This document shows positions 1 to 8,341 of a stretch of DNA of 39,469 bases, piece after piece. The stretch spans positions 1 through 39,469 of IMG/VR virus record IMGVR_UViG_3300043405_000022; one strand, 5' to 3'. Under the pieces are notes generated by a model, which was not told where the DNA came from, ran no database searches, and was given only the letters and a program-made list of their open reading frames with translations. The position numbers and the translations under genes are program-made. Position 1 is the first letter of the stretch; each line of letters begins with the position of its first letter. Source of the DNA: a virus. Taxonomy: Duplodnaviria; Caudoviricetes.

Positions 1-421
1 CCTCCTCGACCAGCGCCGGTTCCGCGAGAACTACGACGCCCAAGAGCAGGCGGTCAAGGACCTGTATGCGCTGTGGCGGCCTGGCCTCACGCTCATCGAG
101 GACAAGGCGAACGGCTCGGTGATCCTGCCCCGGCTGAAGGCGATCATCCCCGGCATCGTCGCGTACCAGCCCGGCGGCGACAAGGTGATGCGCGTCCAGG
201 GGTGCCTGCCGATCTTTGAGGCCGGCCAGGTGTGGCTCCCCGATGCGGCGATCGCGCCGTGGATCGGCGAGTACATCGAGGAGCTGTGTGCGTTCCCCTA
301 CGGGGGCAACGACGATCAGGTGGATTCGACCACGCAGATCCTCCTGTACTGGCAGCAGCAGGCGGGCGTCTTCGACTCGCGCACCTTCGCCGCCGGACTC
401 GCAAACTTTAACGGGAGATAG
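1..421 (+). CDS. terL: Terminase large subunit, C-terminal nuclease part (5' truncated by window edge)
   Basis: IEDKANG and FPYGxxDDQVDSTTQ motifs; same protein as the end of 37583-39106. Confidence 0.9.
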   Translation, partial: LLDQRRFRENYDAQEQAVKDLYALWRPGLTLIEDKANGSVILPRLKAIIPGIVAYQPGGDKVMRVQGCLPIFEAGQVWLPDAAIAPWIGEYIEELCAFPYGGNDDQVDSTTQILLYWQQQAGVFDSRTFAAGLANFNGR

Positions 422-790
422 CCATGCTTCGCCTCTTGTCCTTGTTCTTCGCCCCTGCGCCCGCGCCGTCGCCGCCTGCCCCCGCTCCGACGGCGCTGGC
501 CTCGGGCCGCCGCGACGCCCTGTTCAACCCCCTCAGCGGGCTCGGTGGGAGCGGCGACAAGGGCCGCGCCGCCCGGCCCGACGTCTACGCCGAGCCCCTG
601 ACCCGCGGCGAGCTGCTCGCCCTGTACCGCGACGACGGCTACGCCCGCCGGATCGTGGACGTGTTCCCGCAGGAAGGCTGCCGGAAGGGCTGGCGGTGCG
701 ACGACTCGACGGCGAAGTCGAACGTGATGGAAGGAGAGGACCGCCGCCTCCAGACGCGGGCGCGGGTCCGCCGCGCCTGGGCCGCCGCGC
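1..790 (+). repeat. Imperfect terminal direct repeat, copy 1 (matches 38686-39469)
   Basis: Manual alignment: 27 substitutions plus one 6-bp indel over ~790 bp. Confidence 0.95.
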
Positions 791-1896
791 GCCTCCTGGG
801 CGGTGCGCTCATCCTCCCGGTGCTCGACGAGGAGATGCCGCCGGAGCTCGCGGGCCTCCCGCCGGAGATGGCGCGGCAGAGGCTCGCCCGGCTCCCGCTC
901 GACTACAGCCGGATCCGCTCCGTCCGATCGCTCCTCGTCCTCGGCCGTCGCGAGGCCAGCGCGGCGTCTTGGGAGACCGACCCCGCCAGCCCCGACTACG
1001 GGCGCCCGCGCACCTGGTGGGTCTCGCCCGTTCGCGGCGGGGCGACGATGGAGGTCCACGCGAGCCGCCTGCTCTACTTCGCGGGCGCCCCCTTCCCGCC
1101 GGGGGAGGATCGGATCCAGGACGGGTTCGACGACAGCGCCCTCCAGGTCTGCTGGAACCAGATCCGGAACAAGAGCAGCATCGACCAGGTCGGGGCCACG
1201 ATCGCGCAGCAGCTCACGATCTCGGTCTACCGCATGGCCGATCGCGCGGCGGCGATGGGCTCGGACGCCGCCAACGACATCGGCGATCACCTCCGGACCT
1301 TCGCGCAGACGCTCGGGATCACGGGGATGGCGGTCCTGCGCGGGGGCGAGGACGCCCCGAACCGCGACGGGTTCGAGGTCCTGAACTCCCCCGTCACGGG
1401 GTTCGGCGATCTCGACTCCGCGGCCAAGGAGGCCCTCAGCGCCGCCTCTGAGATCCCGATGGTGGTGCTGTTCTCCCAGGCCACGGGCGGGCTCGACGGG
1501 AGCGGCGGCGAGCAGCGCGACGGCTGGCACGAGACGATCGCCGCGAAGCAGGACGAGGAGCTGCGCGAGCCGCTGACGCGGCTGTACCGGATGCTGTACC
1601 GCTCGAAGACGGGGCCGACGGGAGGCGTAGAGCCGACGTCGTGGGCGCTGGAGTTCAGCGCCCTCGACGAGCTGAGCGAGCAGGAGGAGGCGACCTTGCG
1701 GAAGACCGTCGCCGAGACGGACGAGATCCTGATCCGGAGCGGCGTCGTCACTCCCGACCACGTCGCGCGCTCCCGGTACGGCGAGACCGGCTGGACGTTC
1801 GAGCTGTTGCCGGTCGCAGCCCCGCCGGCGCCCGTCATCGACCCGGAGGTCGTAGCCGAGGCGGGGGCGAACCTGGGCGACAATGCCCCCGTCTGA
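424..1896 (+). CDS. Portal protein (DUF1073/HI1409-like)
   Basis: Follows terL; LYRxxGYARRIVD, ARLLGGA, VHASRL and SAASEIPMVVLF motifs typical of this portal family; 490 aa. Confidence 0.85.
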   Translation: MLRLLSLFFAPAPAPSPPAPAPTALASGRRDALFNPLSGLGGSGDKGRAARPDVYAEPLTRGELLALYRDDGYARRIVDVFPQEGCRKGWRCDDSTAKSNVMEGEDRRLQTRARVRRAWAAARLLGGALILPVLDEEMPPELAGLPPEMARQRLARLPLDYSRIRSVRSLLVLGRREASAASWETDPASPDYGRPRTWWVSPVRGGATMEVHASRLLYFAGAPFPPGEDRIQDGFDDSALQVCWNQIRNKSSIDQVGATIAQQLTISVYRMADRAAAMGSDAANDIGDHLRTFAQTLGITGMAVLRGGEDAPNRDGFEVLNSPVTGFGDLDSAAKEALSAASEIPMVVLFSQATGGLDGSGGEQRDGWHETIAAKQDEELREPLTRLYRMLYRSKTGPTGGVEPTSWALEFSALDELSEQEEATLRKTVAETDEILIRSGVVTPDHVARSRYGETGWTFELLPVAAPPAPVIDPEVVAEAGANLGDNAPV

Positions 1897-3355
1897 GCCG
1901 ATCGCGCCGGTCTACGCGCAGCCCCACGCCGCCGCGGAGCGCGAGTACGAGGCGGCCCTCGTCGCGTGGACGGCCGAAGCCGGGGCGAGGATCCGCCGGG
2001 CGCTGACGCCGCTCCTCGCCGAAGACGACCGAGCCGACGGTCGGCGCCGGGACAACGCCCTGGCGCGGATCCTCTCGGCGCTGGCGGCGCTCCGGGCCTG
2101 GGCTGTCCGGCGGCCGCTCCCGGCATGGTCGGTTCAAAAAACAGGCGAGGCGGTCGCGGCCCACGCCGAACGCGGGGCGGCCCGGCTCCTCGCCTCGGCC
2201 CCGGACGCGCCCGAGGAGGCGAAACGACCGATCCCCCCGGCGCGCAAGCAGACCCCGACGATGCGGGCGTGGGCGCGGGAGAACGCGAGGCTCATCCGGA
2301 GCGTGGACGAGCGCCTGCTCGACGAGGTGGCGGCCGTCGTGTCCGAGGGCGTCGAGGCGGGGAAGCGGACTGAGACCATCGCGGGCGAGCTGGCCCGGCG
2401 CCTGGAGGTCTCCGAGTCCAGAGCGCGGCTCATCGCCAGGGACCAGGTGGGGAAGCTCAACGCGGCGGTGACGCAAGAGCGGCTGAAGGCGGCGGGGGCG
2501 ACCGCGTACCGGTGGTCCACGTCCCGGGACGAGCGCGTTCGCCCGTCGCACGCCGCCCTGGAAGGCAAGGTCTTCGCCTGGGATCACCCGCCCGCCGAGG
2601 GGCATCCGGGCGCGGCCGTGCTATGCCGGTGCGTGGCGATCCCGGTGTTCGGGGATGTCGCCTTCTCGAAGGCAGAGAGACCGCCGAGCGGGATACAAGG
2701 GGTCGCGGAAGAAAGAAAGCCGAAATTGTCGAAGCCACCTGCCGTGCGTCAGATGCTCAAGGATGGGCGACTCTCCTATCACCCGAGCGCCCAGAAGGTC
2801 CGGTACGCCGAGCTTCGCGAAGACCTGGAGCAAGCCCTGGGTAGAGCCCCGTCCGAGGTTCTGGAGACGGTGTTGAAGCGCGGGTACAGGCTAGAGGTGG
2901 GGGAATTTCTGGATTCTGTCGCTGGATTCAATGGAAGAAGCGGCGGCTTCGGTGTGTACGACTTCCGAAACAATAAGAGTGCAGTCGCTCTGGAGGCTGT
3001 TCGGGAGTACCTGGCCGAAGGCTCCGGCTATAGCGTGGGGAAGACGGTACTTCATGAGCTGGGGCATGCCATCGACGGTCTCGGATACCCGCTTTCAAGC
3101 CAACCGTTCTTTGAGCGATGGCATAGGAACGCTGTCGAAGATGGTTCGCTCCAAGCCTTCCTGGAACACCACGGCATTCAACCTCCTCGGTATACCCGAC
3201 TGAATGATTTGGCGCGCGGAGAGGCATGGGCTGAGATCTTAGGGCACGCCTGGTATGACCCAGCTCGTCGTTCAGACATCGACATCCGATGGCCGGGCCT
3301 GTTACAATGGATGGAGAAGGAGATTCGCGATGCCCACGGGATCGGGGGGGGTTGA
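1883..3355 (+). CDS. MuF / SPP1 gp7 head morphogenesis protein with C-terminal HExxH zinc-metallopeptidase domain
   Basis: RARLIARDQVGKLN, YRWSTSRDERVRPSH and HPG...CRC MuF motifs; C-terminal ~220 aa contains VLHELGHAID...EAWAE and has visibly lower GC. Confidence 0.85.
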   Translation: MPPSEPIAPVYAQPHAAAEREYEAALVAWTAEAGARIRRALTPLLAEDDRADGRRRDNALARILSALAALRAWAVRRPLPAWSVQKTGEAVAAHAERGAARLLASAPDAPEEAKRPIPPARKQTPTMRAWARENARLIRSVDERLLDEVAAVVSEGVEAGKRTETIAGELARRLEVSESRARLIARDQVGKLNAAVTQERLKAAGATAYRWSTSRDERVRPSHAALEGKVFAWDHPPAEGHPGAAVLCRCVAIPVFGDVAFSKAERPPSGIQGVAEERKPKLSKPPAVRQMLKDGRLSYHPSAQKVRYAELREDLEQALGRAPSEVLETVLKRGYRLEVGEFLDSVAGFNGRSGGFGVYDFRNNKSAVALEAVREYLAEGSGYSVGKTVLHELGHAIDGLGYPLSSQPFFERWHRNAVEDGSLQAFLEHHGIQPPRYTRLNDLARGEAWAEILGHAWYDPARRSDIDIRWPGLLQWMEKEIRDAHGIGGG

Positions 3356-3587
3356 AGAAGAGATCGTGTTCTTCGCAAGACTGCGTCCAGACGGGAAGAT
3401 CGCCCTCGACTTCGGCGGTTTATGGGAAGACTGCGCTTATGACGGCGCGCGGATCTTTCACTCGCGCGCGGAGTTCGATGCGGCGGGCTACCGCTATCCC
3501 GTGGAGTTCGTCGTCGGTCAGGATGTAGAGGTCCTCTCCCTGGAACACGAAGCCCGGAAGAGGGCGCGCGAGAGCAAGGCCGCCTGA
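3330..3587 (+). CDS. Small protein overlapping the MuF 3' end; candidate immunity/inhibitor protein
   Basis: ATG 3330 preceded by AAGGAG; 85 aa; position matches immunity genes of MuF polymorphic toxins. Confidence 0.6.
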   Translation: MPTGSGGVEEEIVFFARLRPDGKIALDFGGLWEDCAYDGARIFHSRAEFDAAGYRYPVEFVVGQDVEVLSLEHEARKRARESKAA

Positions 3588-3611
3588 CCCGTCTCCCCAC
3601 CTCACTCCTCT

Positions 3612-3645
3612 GACCCCGGCCCCTGCGCCGGGGTTCGTCGTTTCT
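3612..3645 (+). terminator. Rho-independent terminator after the MuF/immunity pair
   Basis: GACCCCGGC-CCCTGC-GCCGGGGTT hairpin followed by CGTCGTTTCT. Confidence 0.7.
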
Positions 3646-3727
3646 GGAACCGCAACGACCGCCCCCGCTCCGGCTCGATGGTTTCCGTTTTGTTGACAGT
3701 CGCCGCGATTGTTGCGATACTGGAAAC
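3640..3727. promoter_or_regulatory. Two copies of pseudo-palindrome GTTKC-N7-GMAAC (3640-3656, 3711-3727)
   Basis: GTTTC-tggaacc-GCAAC and GTTGC-gatactg-GAAAC; a third copy lies at 17339-17355. Confidence 0.55.
3693..3721 (+). promoter_or_regulatory. Sigma70-type promoter for the head/tail operon
   Basis: TTGACA (3693-3698), 17 bp spacer, TGc-GATACT extended -10 (3716-3721). Confidence 0.7.
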
Positions 3728-3728
3728 G

Positions 3729-4862
3729 ATGTCGATCCGCCGTGACAGCGCAGAACCGACCGGCCGCGTTCGTCGCTACGACCGCGGCACGCTCCTGCCT
3801 GCGAAGATCGGCCCCCGCGGCGAGCTGTTCGTCGTCGGCCTCGCGTGTCGGCCGGGCGTGCTGCTGTACCGGAACGCCGACGGGACCACGCGCCGCGAGC
3901 TGGTGAGCGCCGCTGTCCTCCACGACGCCGCCTCGCTCCAGACCTTGGGCCGCGCCCCGCTCACCCTCCAGCACCCCGACGAGGACGTGACCCCGGCCAA
4001 CGTCGGGACGCTCCAGGTCGGCGACGTCGGGGACGAGGTGACCGTCCTCGACGACGGCTACGTCCAGGTCAAGATCGCCGTCCGCCGCCAGGACGCCATC
4101 GGGGCCGTACACGGCGGGACGCACCAGCTCTCCTGCGGCTACGACGCCGCGTATGACCCGACCCCCGGCGTCGATCCGGTCTACGGTCCGTATGAAGGCC
4201 GGCAAACCGCGCGCTTCTACAACCACCTCGCGATCGTGGACGAGGGCCGCGCCGGCCCCGCCTGTCGCCTTCGCACCGACGCCGCCGAACAGGTGGGCAC
4301 AGCCCCTCTCCCAACCCCTGGAGTTCCGATGGATCCGAAACTACTGGCGCTCCTGGCGATGGCCGGGATCGCCGCGGCGGACGCTGAGGCGTTCCTCGCC
4401 AAGTGCGACCCCGCCGTCAAGGCCGCGCTCGCCGCCCTGGCTGCCAAGGTGAGCAGCGAGGTCGAGCAGGACATGAGCGCCCCCGCGGCGGTCGCGAAGA
4501 TGGACGCCGCCATCGCCGAGCGCCTGCCGCTGGTCGAGCGCGCCCGCGCCCTCGGCCTCCCCGACGCCGAGTTCAAGGGCGTCAAGACCGCGGACCTCCG
4601 CAAGAAGGTCGCCCTGAAGATCGCCCCGAAGCTCCGCACCGACGGGAGCGACGACTACTACCGGGCCGCCCTCGATGTCGCCGATCAGACGGCCGGGGTC
4701 TCGACCTACGACGGGCTCAAGGGCGACGCCGATCCCGCGCCCCCGCCCCGCCACGACGGCCGCGACGGACGGCACAACCAGGCCGCCCGCCAGGATCCGG
4801 CCGCCCGCGCCTTCAATGACGCCAACCCCCACCGCCGCCGCGCGGCCCAGGAATCTTTATGA
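3729..4862 (+). CDS. Prohead protease/scaffold (DUF2213-like)
   Basis: PLTLQHP, QLSCGY and YNHLAIVDEGRAG motifs; helical scaffold-like C-terminal half; ATG 3729 chosen from promoter position. Confidence 0.85.
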   Translation: MSIRRDSAEPTGRVRRYDRGTLLPAKIGPRGELFVVGLACRPGVLLYRNADGTTRRELVSAAVLHDAASLQTLGRAPLTLQHPDEDVTPANVGTLQVGDVGDEVTVLDDGYVQVKIAVRRQDAIGAVHGGTHQLSCGYDAAYDPTPGVDPVYGPYEGRQTARFYNHLAIVDEGRAGPACRLRTDAAEQVGTAPLPTPGVPMDPKLLALLAMAGIAAADAEAFLAKCDPAVKAALAALAAKVSSEVEQDMSAPAAVAKMDAAIAERLPLVERARALGLPDAEFKGVKTADLRKKVALKIAPKLRTDGSDDYYRAALDVADQTAGVSTYDGLKGDADPAPPPRHDGRDGRHNQAARQDPAARAFNDANPHRRRAAQESL

Positions 4863-5995
4863 GCATCTCCCAACAGGTCGGCGACGTCCTCGGCCGCATG
4901 CGCCAGTGGCTCCTCGGCGCGATCGTCGTCAGCGGGCTGAACGGCAACCCCGAGACGATCACCGCCATCAACAAGGCCGGCCAGGTCGCCCAGGTCGGCA
5001 CCATCACCGTCGATACGGCGGCGGATTCGACGGTCTACACCTGGACGATCAACGGGGTCGTCCAGACCTACACCTCCGGAACCGGCGCCTCGACCACCAC
5101 GGTCGCCGCCGGGATCGCCGCGGTCATCAACGCCGATCCGCTCGTCCGGGGCCAGGTCTCCGCGTCAGCCGCCGTCGCCGTCGTCACGCTCACCAGCACC
5201 TACGCGGGTGTGGGGTTCACCGCGTCGGATTCGGATTCGCGCCTGACGACCGTGCAGGCCTCCACCGCGAACGCCAACGCGGCGGAAGTCGCGTTCGGCC
5301 GGGCCGTCATCAGCCAGGGCTTCAGCAGCTCCGAGGCGAACCGCTACGCGGCGCTCCCCGTGACGACCAACCTCGCCGCGCAGGTCTCGACGGTCACGAT
5401 CACCTACGCGGCCTCTGAGATCTACGTCGTCGGAATCACGATCGCGGGCCAGCGGTACAGCGTCGAGGTCACCGCGACCGTCGACGACGCGACCACCGCC
5501 GCGGCGATCAACACGGCGATCAACGCCATGATGCCGGCGAACACCGTCATCGGCACGGTGGCGACCAACGTCGTTACGCTCACCGCCGAGATCCTCGGCC
5601 AGCCGTTCGTCGTGGACCTCGGCCTCAAGACCGGCACCACCGCGCGGGCGGTCCTCGCGAACACGGTCACCGCGAACACCGACCTCGCGAAGATCCTGCT
5701 CGGCGTCACCGCCATCGACGAGTCGCAGGCGTACACCACGTCGTACACCGCCGCCTACGCCGCGAACGCCGCCATGCGGATTCTGCGTAAGGGGCAGATC
5801 GCGGTGTCGTCTACGCAGGCCATCTCCGAGAACGACGCCGTGTACGTCGAGACCTCGGGTTCCTCGGCGGGGCTCCTCTACAACTCGTCATCCGCTACCC
5901 GCGTCCGGCTGGACCTCAGCATCGCGAAGTGGGTCCGCGACGAGCTGTCGGTCAACAACCAATCCCTGGCCCTCCTGGCCCTCAACCTCTACTGA
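4859..5995 (+). CDS. Head decoration/cement protein with two inserted beta-rich repeats
   Basis: Between protease and capsid; VAFGRAV and ILRKGQIAV...ENDAVYV motifs; two internal AQV..T.T...INA repeats. Confidence 0.6.
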   Translation: MSISQQVGDVLGRMRQWLLGAIVVSGLNGNPETITAINKAGQVAQVGTITVDTAADSTVYTWTINGVVQTYTSGTGASTTTVAAGIAAVINADPLVRGQVSASAAVAVVTLTSTYAGVGFTASDSDSRLTTVQASTANANAAEVAFGRAVISQGFSSSEANRYAALPVTTNLAAQVSTVTITYAASEIYVVGITIAGQRYSVEVTATVDDATTAAAINTAINAMMPANTVIGTVATNVVTLTAEILGQPFVVDLGLKTGTTARAVLANTVTANTDLAKILLGVTAIDESQAYTTSYTAAYAANAAMRILRKGQIAVSSTQAISENDAVYVETSGSSAGLLYNSSSATRVRLDLSIAKWVRDELSVNNQSLALLALNLY

Positions 5996-6006
5996 CGGGA
6001 GCCAGC

Positions 6007-7164
6007 ATGGTAGCGGCTTTATTCGTTGATTCTGAATCTCTTAAGGTCAGCCAGCTCGGGCTCGGGATGGCCGAAGCGGTCAAGCGGTTCGACGCCGAGG
6101 CGCTGGAGAGCTGCCCCGCCGGGGTTCCTGCCTACGAGGCGGGGAACGTCTACCGCTGGGATCATCGCCACGACGGCGGCCGTCTGCGGGAGCGCCTGCG
6201 CCCGATGCCCGCCGCCGCCCGCGCCGCCATGCTGGCCCGGATCGGCGTCTCCCGCCGGGACGCGGCGCAGGATCCCGGCAACGCCCTCCTGCTCCCCCAG
6301 GAAGCCCTGGCGATGACGCGGGAGCTGGAAGACAAGATGCGCCCGCTCACGTCGCGGGAGATGATGGGCGTCGATCGCACCATCCCCGGCGGCGCGAAGG
6401 CGTATCGGCTCCAGATGGGCTCTCTGATCGGCGAGGCGCGCCTGTACGCAGGCTCCTCGGCCGACATCCCCCGGGTGGGCGCGGCCCGTCGGTGGGAGGA
6501 TCGGCCCGTCGCCTACGTCGTGTCCTCGTTCGCGGGCAACGTCCTCGACCTGCTGGCGACCGACTACGCGGGCGTCGGCGAGCTGGCCCGCAAGCGCCGC
6601 GCCGCCATGCGCGCGATCGCGGAGATCCGGAACCGCATCGCGTTCCAGGGCGACGTGGACAGCGGCCTCTACGGCGTGTTCAACCACCCGGGCATCGCCA
6701 AGGCGGTGAGCGCGGTCTCGTTCTCGCGCGCGACCGATCCGGTGACGCTGCTCAACGAGCTGAACCGGCTCGCGTCGTGGGCCGAGATCAACTCGGGCGC
6801 CACCTTCGCGCCGAACCGGATGCGGACCTCGCCGCAGGTCCGCGCGGTCCTCATGCAGACCCGCATCGCGACCGGCTCCGACCGCACCATCGGCGAGCAG
6901 TTCCTCGCCACGCAGCCGAGCAACGGGATCAAGGAGATCGAGTCCGCCTCCGAGTTCTCCGCGGCGGGCCCCGGCGGGACCACGGACGCGATCGCGTTCT
7001 ACAACGACGACCTCGACTCGCTCAGCCTCGTGGAGCCGATGGACTACACCGAGCTTCCGGTCCAGTTCCAGGCGTTCGATCAGGTGACGTACTGCTACGC
7101 CTCCACCGGCGGCGTGAAGAGCCAGTACGCGGGCAACAACCTCATCGCCTTTGTGAGCGTGTAA
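6007..7164 (+). CDS. Major capsid protein (DUF2184 / encapsulin-like)
   Basis: NRIAFQGD...LYGVFNHP and STGGV motifs; GGGAG upstream of ATG 6007. Confidence 0.85.
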   Translation: MVAALFVDSESLKVSQLGLGMAEAVKRFDAEALESCPAGVPAYEAGNVYRWDHRHDGGRLRERLRPMPAAARAAMLARIGVSRRDAAQDPGNALLLPQEALAMTRELEDKMRPLTSREMMGVDRTIPGGAKAYRLQMGSLIGEARLYAGSSADIPRVGAARRWEDRPVAYVVSSFAGNVLDLLATDYAGVGELARKRRAAMRAIAEIRNRIAFQGDVDSGLYGVFNHPGIAKAVSAVSFSRATDPVTLLNELNRLASWAEINSGATFAPNRMRTSPQVRAVLMQTRIATGSDRTIGEQFLATQPSNGIKEIESASEFSAAGPGGTTDAIAFYNDDLDSLSLVEPMDYTELPVQFQAFDQVTYCYASTGGVKSQYAGNNLIAFVSV

Positions 7165-7166
7165 TC

Positions 7167-7442
7167 ATGGCCGCTGCTACCGCTGCAATCCGGGTCACGA
7201 ATCGGGGGCGCAATCCCCTGGAATTCCAGTACCGCAAAGGTCCGAAGCCGAAAGAGGGCGCCGACGAGCGCCCCTTCGAGAAGCTCTTGCTGCCGGAAGA
7301 CGGCGGGAGCTACAACATCGACGCCCCTACGCTCGCGTCGCTGAGCGAGCTGCCCGCCTTCCGAGGCTTTCTGGAGGGCGGCGCGGTCGTCAACAACAAG
7401 AAGTGCGCGGCGATCGAGATCACCCGCCCTTACGAGAACTGA
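7167..7442 (+). CDS. Small hypothetical head-associated protein
   Basis: ATG 2 nt after capsid stop; 91 aa; conserved position in this head module type. Confidence 0.6.
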   Translation: MAAATAAIRVTNRGRNPLEFQYRKGPKPKEGADERPFEKLLLPEDGGSYNIDAPTLASLSELPAFRGFLEGGAVVNNKKCAAIEITRPYEN

Positions 7443-7853
7443 TTGAGCGCGGGCTCCGACCTCCTTGTCGCCCTCTACCCGCAGTATTCTGCGGATAGCC
7501 GGGCAGACATTTACTTAGAGGTCGCAGCCCTGCAACACACCGCCGCCGCGTGGGGCGCCGTCTACACGCTGGCGATGGTTCATTTCACAGCCCACCTGCT
7601 GATGATCGCGGACGCGGACGCCGCAGCCGTCGCCGCCGCCGGGAACGCGGGCGCGGCCTTGGGCGCGGCTTCGGGGGTGACGAGCCGCTCAGCGGGGGAT
7701 CTCGCCGAGTCCTACGCGACCGCGCGGATCTCGGACGCCGCGGCCTTCGCCTTATCGGCCGGGGACGCCGAGCTGATGCGGACCTCGGCGGGGCAGGCGT
7801 ACCTTCGCCTGCGCGCGACACGGGCCGCCACGATGCCCGTCGTGATGCGATGA
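7443..7853 (+). CDS. Head-tail adaptor (DUF4054-like)
   Basis: YPQY, TAHLL, GDLAESY and TSAGQAYLRL motifs; TTG start. Confidence 0.75.
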   Translation: MSAGSDLLVALYPQYSADSRADIYLEVAALQHTAAAWGAVYTLAMVHFTAHLLMIADADAAAVAAAGNAGAALGAASGVTSRSAGDLAESYATARISDAAAFALSAGDAELMRTSAGQAYLRLRATRAATMPVVMR

Positions 7854-8341
7854 CGGCCCGCCGCTCGACCTTCCGCGACACCGATCGCGGCTTCAACCGC
7901 ATCGCCCAGGCGATCCGCGGCCTGCGCCCGACGACGCTCCGGGTCGGGGTCCTGGAGCCCGAGGGCGGCGCCGAGGCCGACGCGGACGGCGCCACGCTGG
8001 CGGGGATTGCGGCTATCAACGAGTACGGCTCCGCGGACGGACACGTTCCGGAGCGGTCGTTCCTCCGCTCGACCTTCGACGCGCACCAGACGGAGTACGG
8101 GCGCGAGCTCGCCCAGGTCATCGAGGACGCGGCCCTCAGCGGCGCGGACCCGGAGCAGGGCCTCGCGCGGCTCGGGCTCCGCATCGTCGGCGACGTTCAG
8201 GAGGCGATCGCGTCGGGCGTCGGCCCCGCGAACGCCCCGTCTACTGTGGCCCGCAAAGGAAGCTCCAAGCCCCTCATCGACACCGGTCGCCTCCGTCAGA
8301 GCATCCGCTCCGAAGTCGTGCCGGGCGGGGGTGGCGAATGA
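7850..8341 (+). CDS. Neck / tail-completion protein
   Basis: NEYG...PERSFLRST and KGSSKPLIDTGRLRQSI motifs; ATGA overlap with upstream gene. Confidence 0.75.
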   Translation: MTARRSTFRDTDRGFNRIAQAIRGLRPTTLRVGVLEPEGGAEADADGATLAGIAAINEYGSADGHVPERSFLRSTFDAHQTEYGRELAQVIEDAALSGADPEQGLARLGLRIVGDVQEAIASGVGPANAPSTVARKGSSKPLIDTGRLRQSIRSEVVPGGGGE

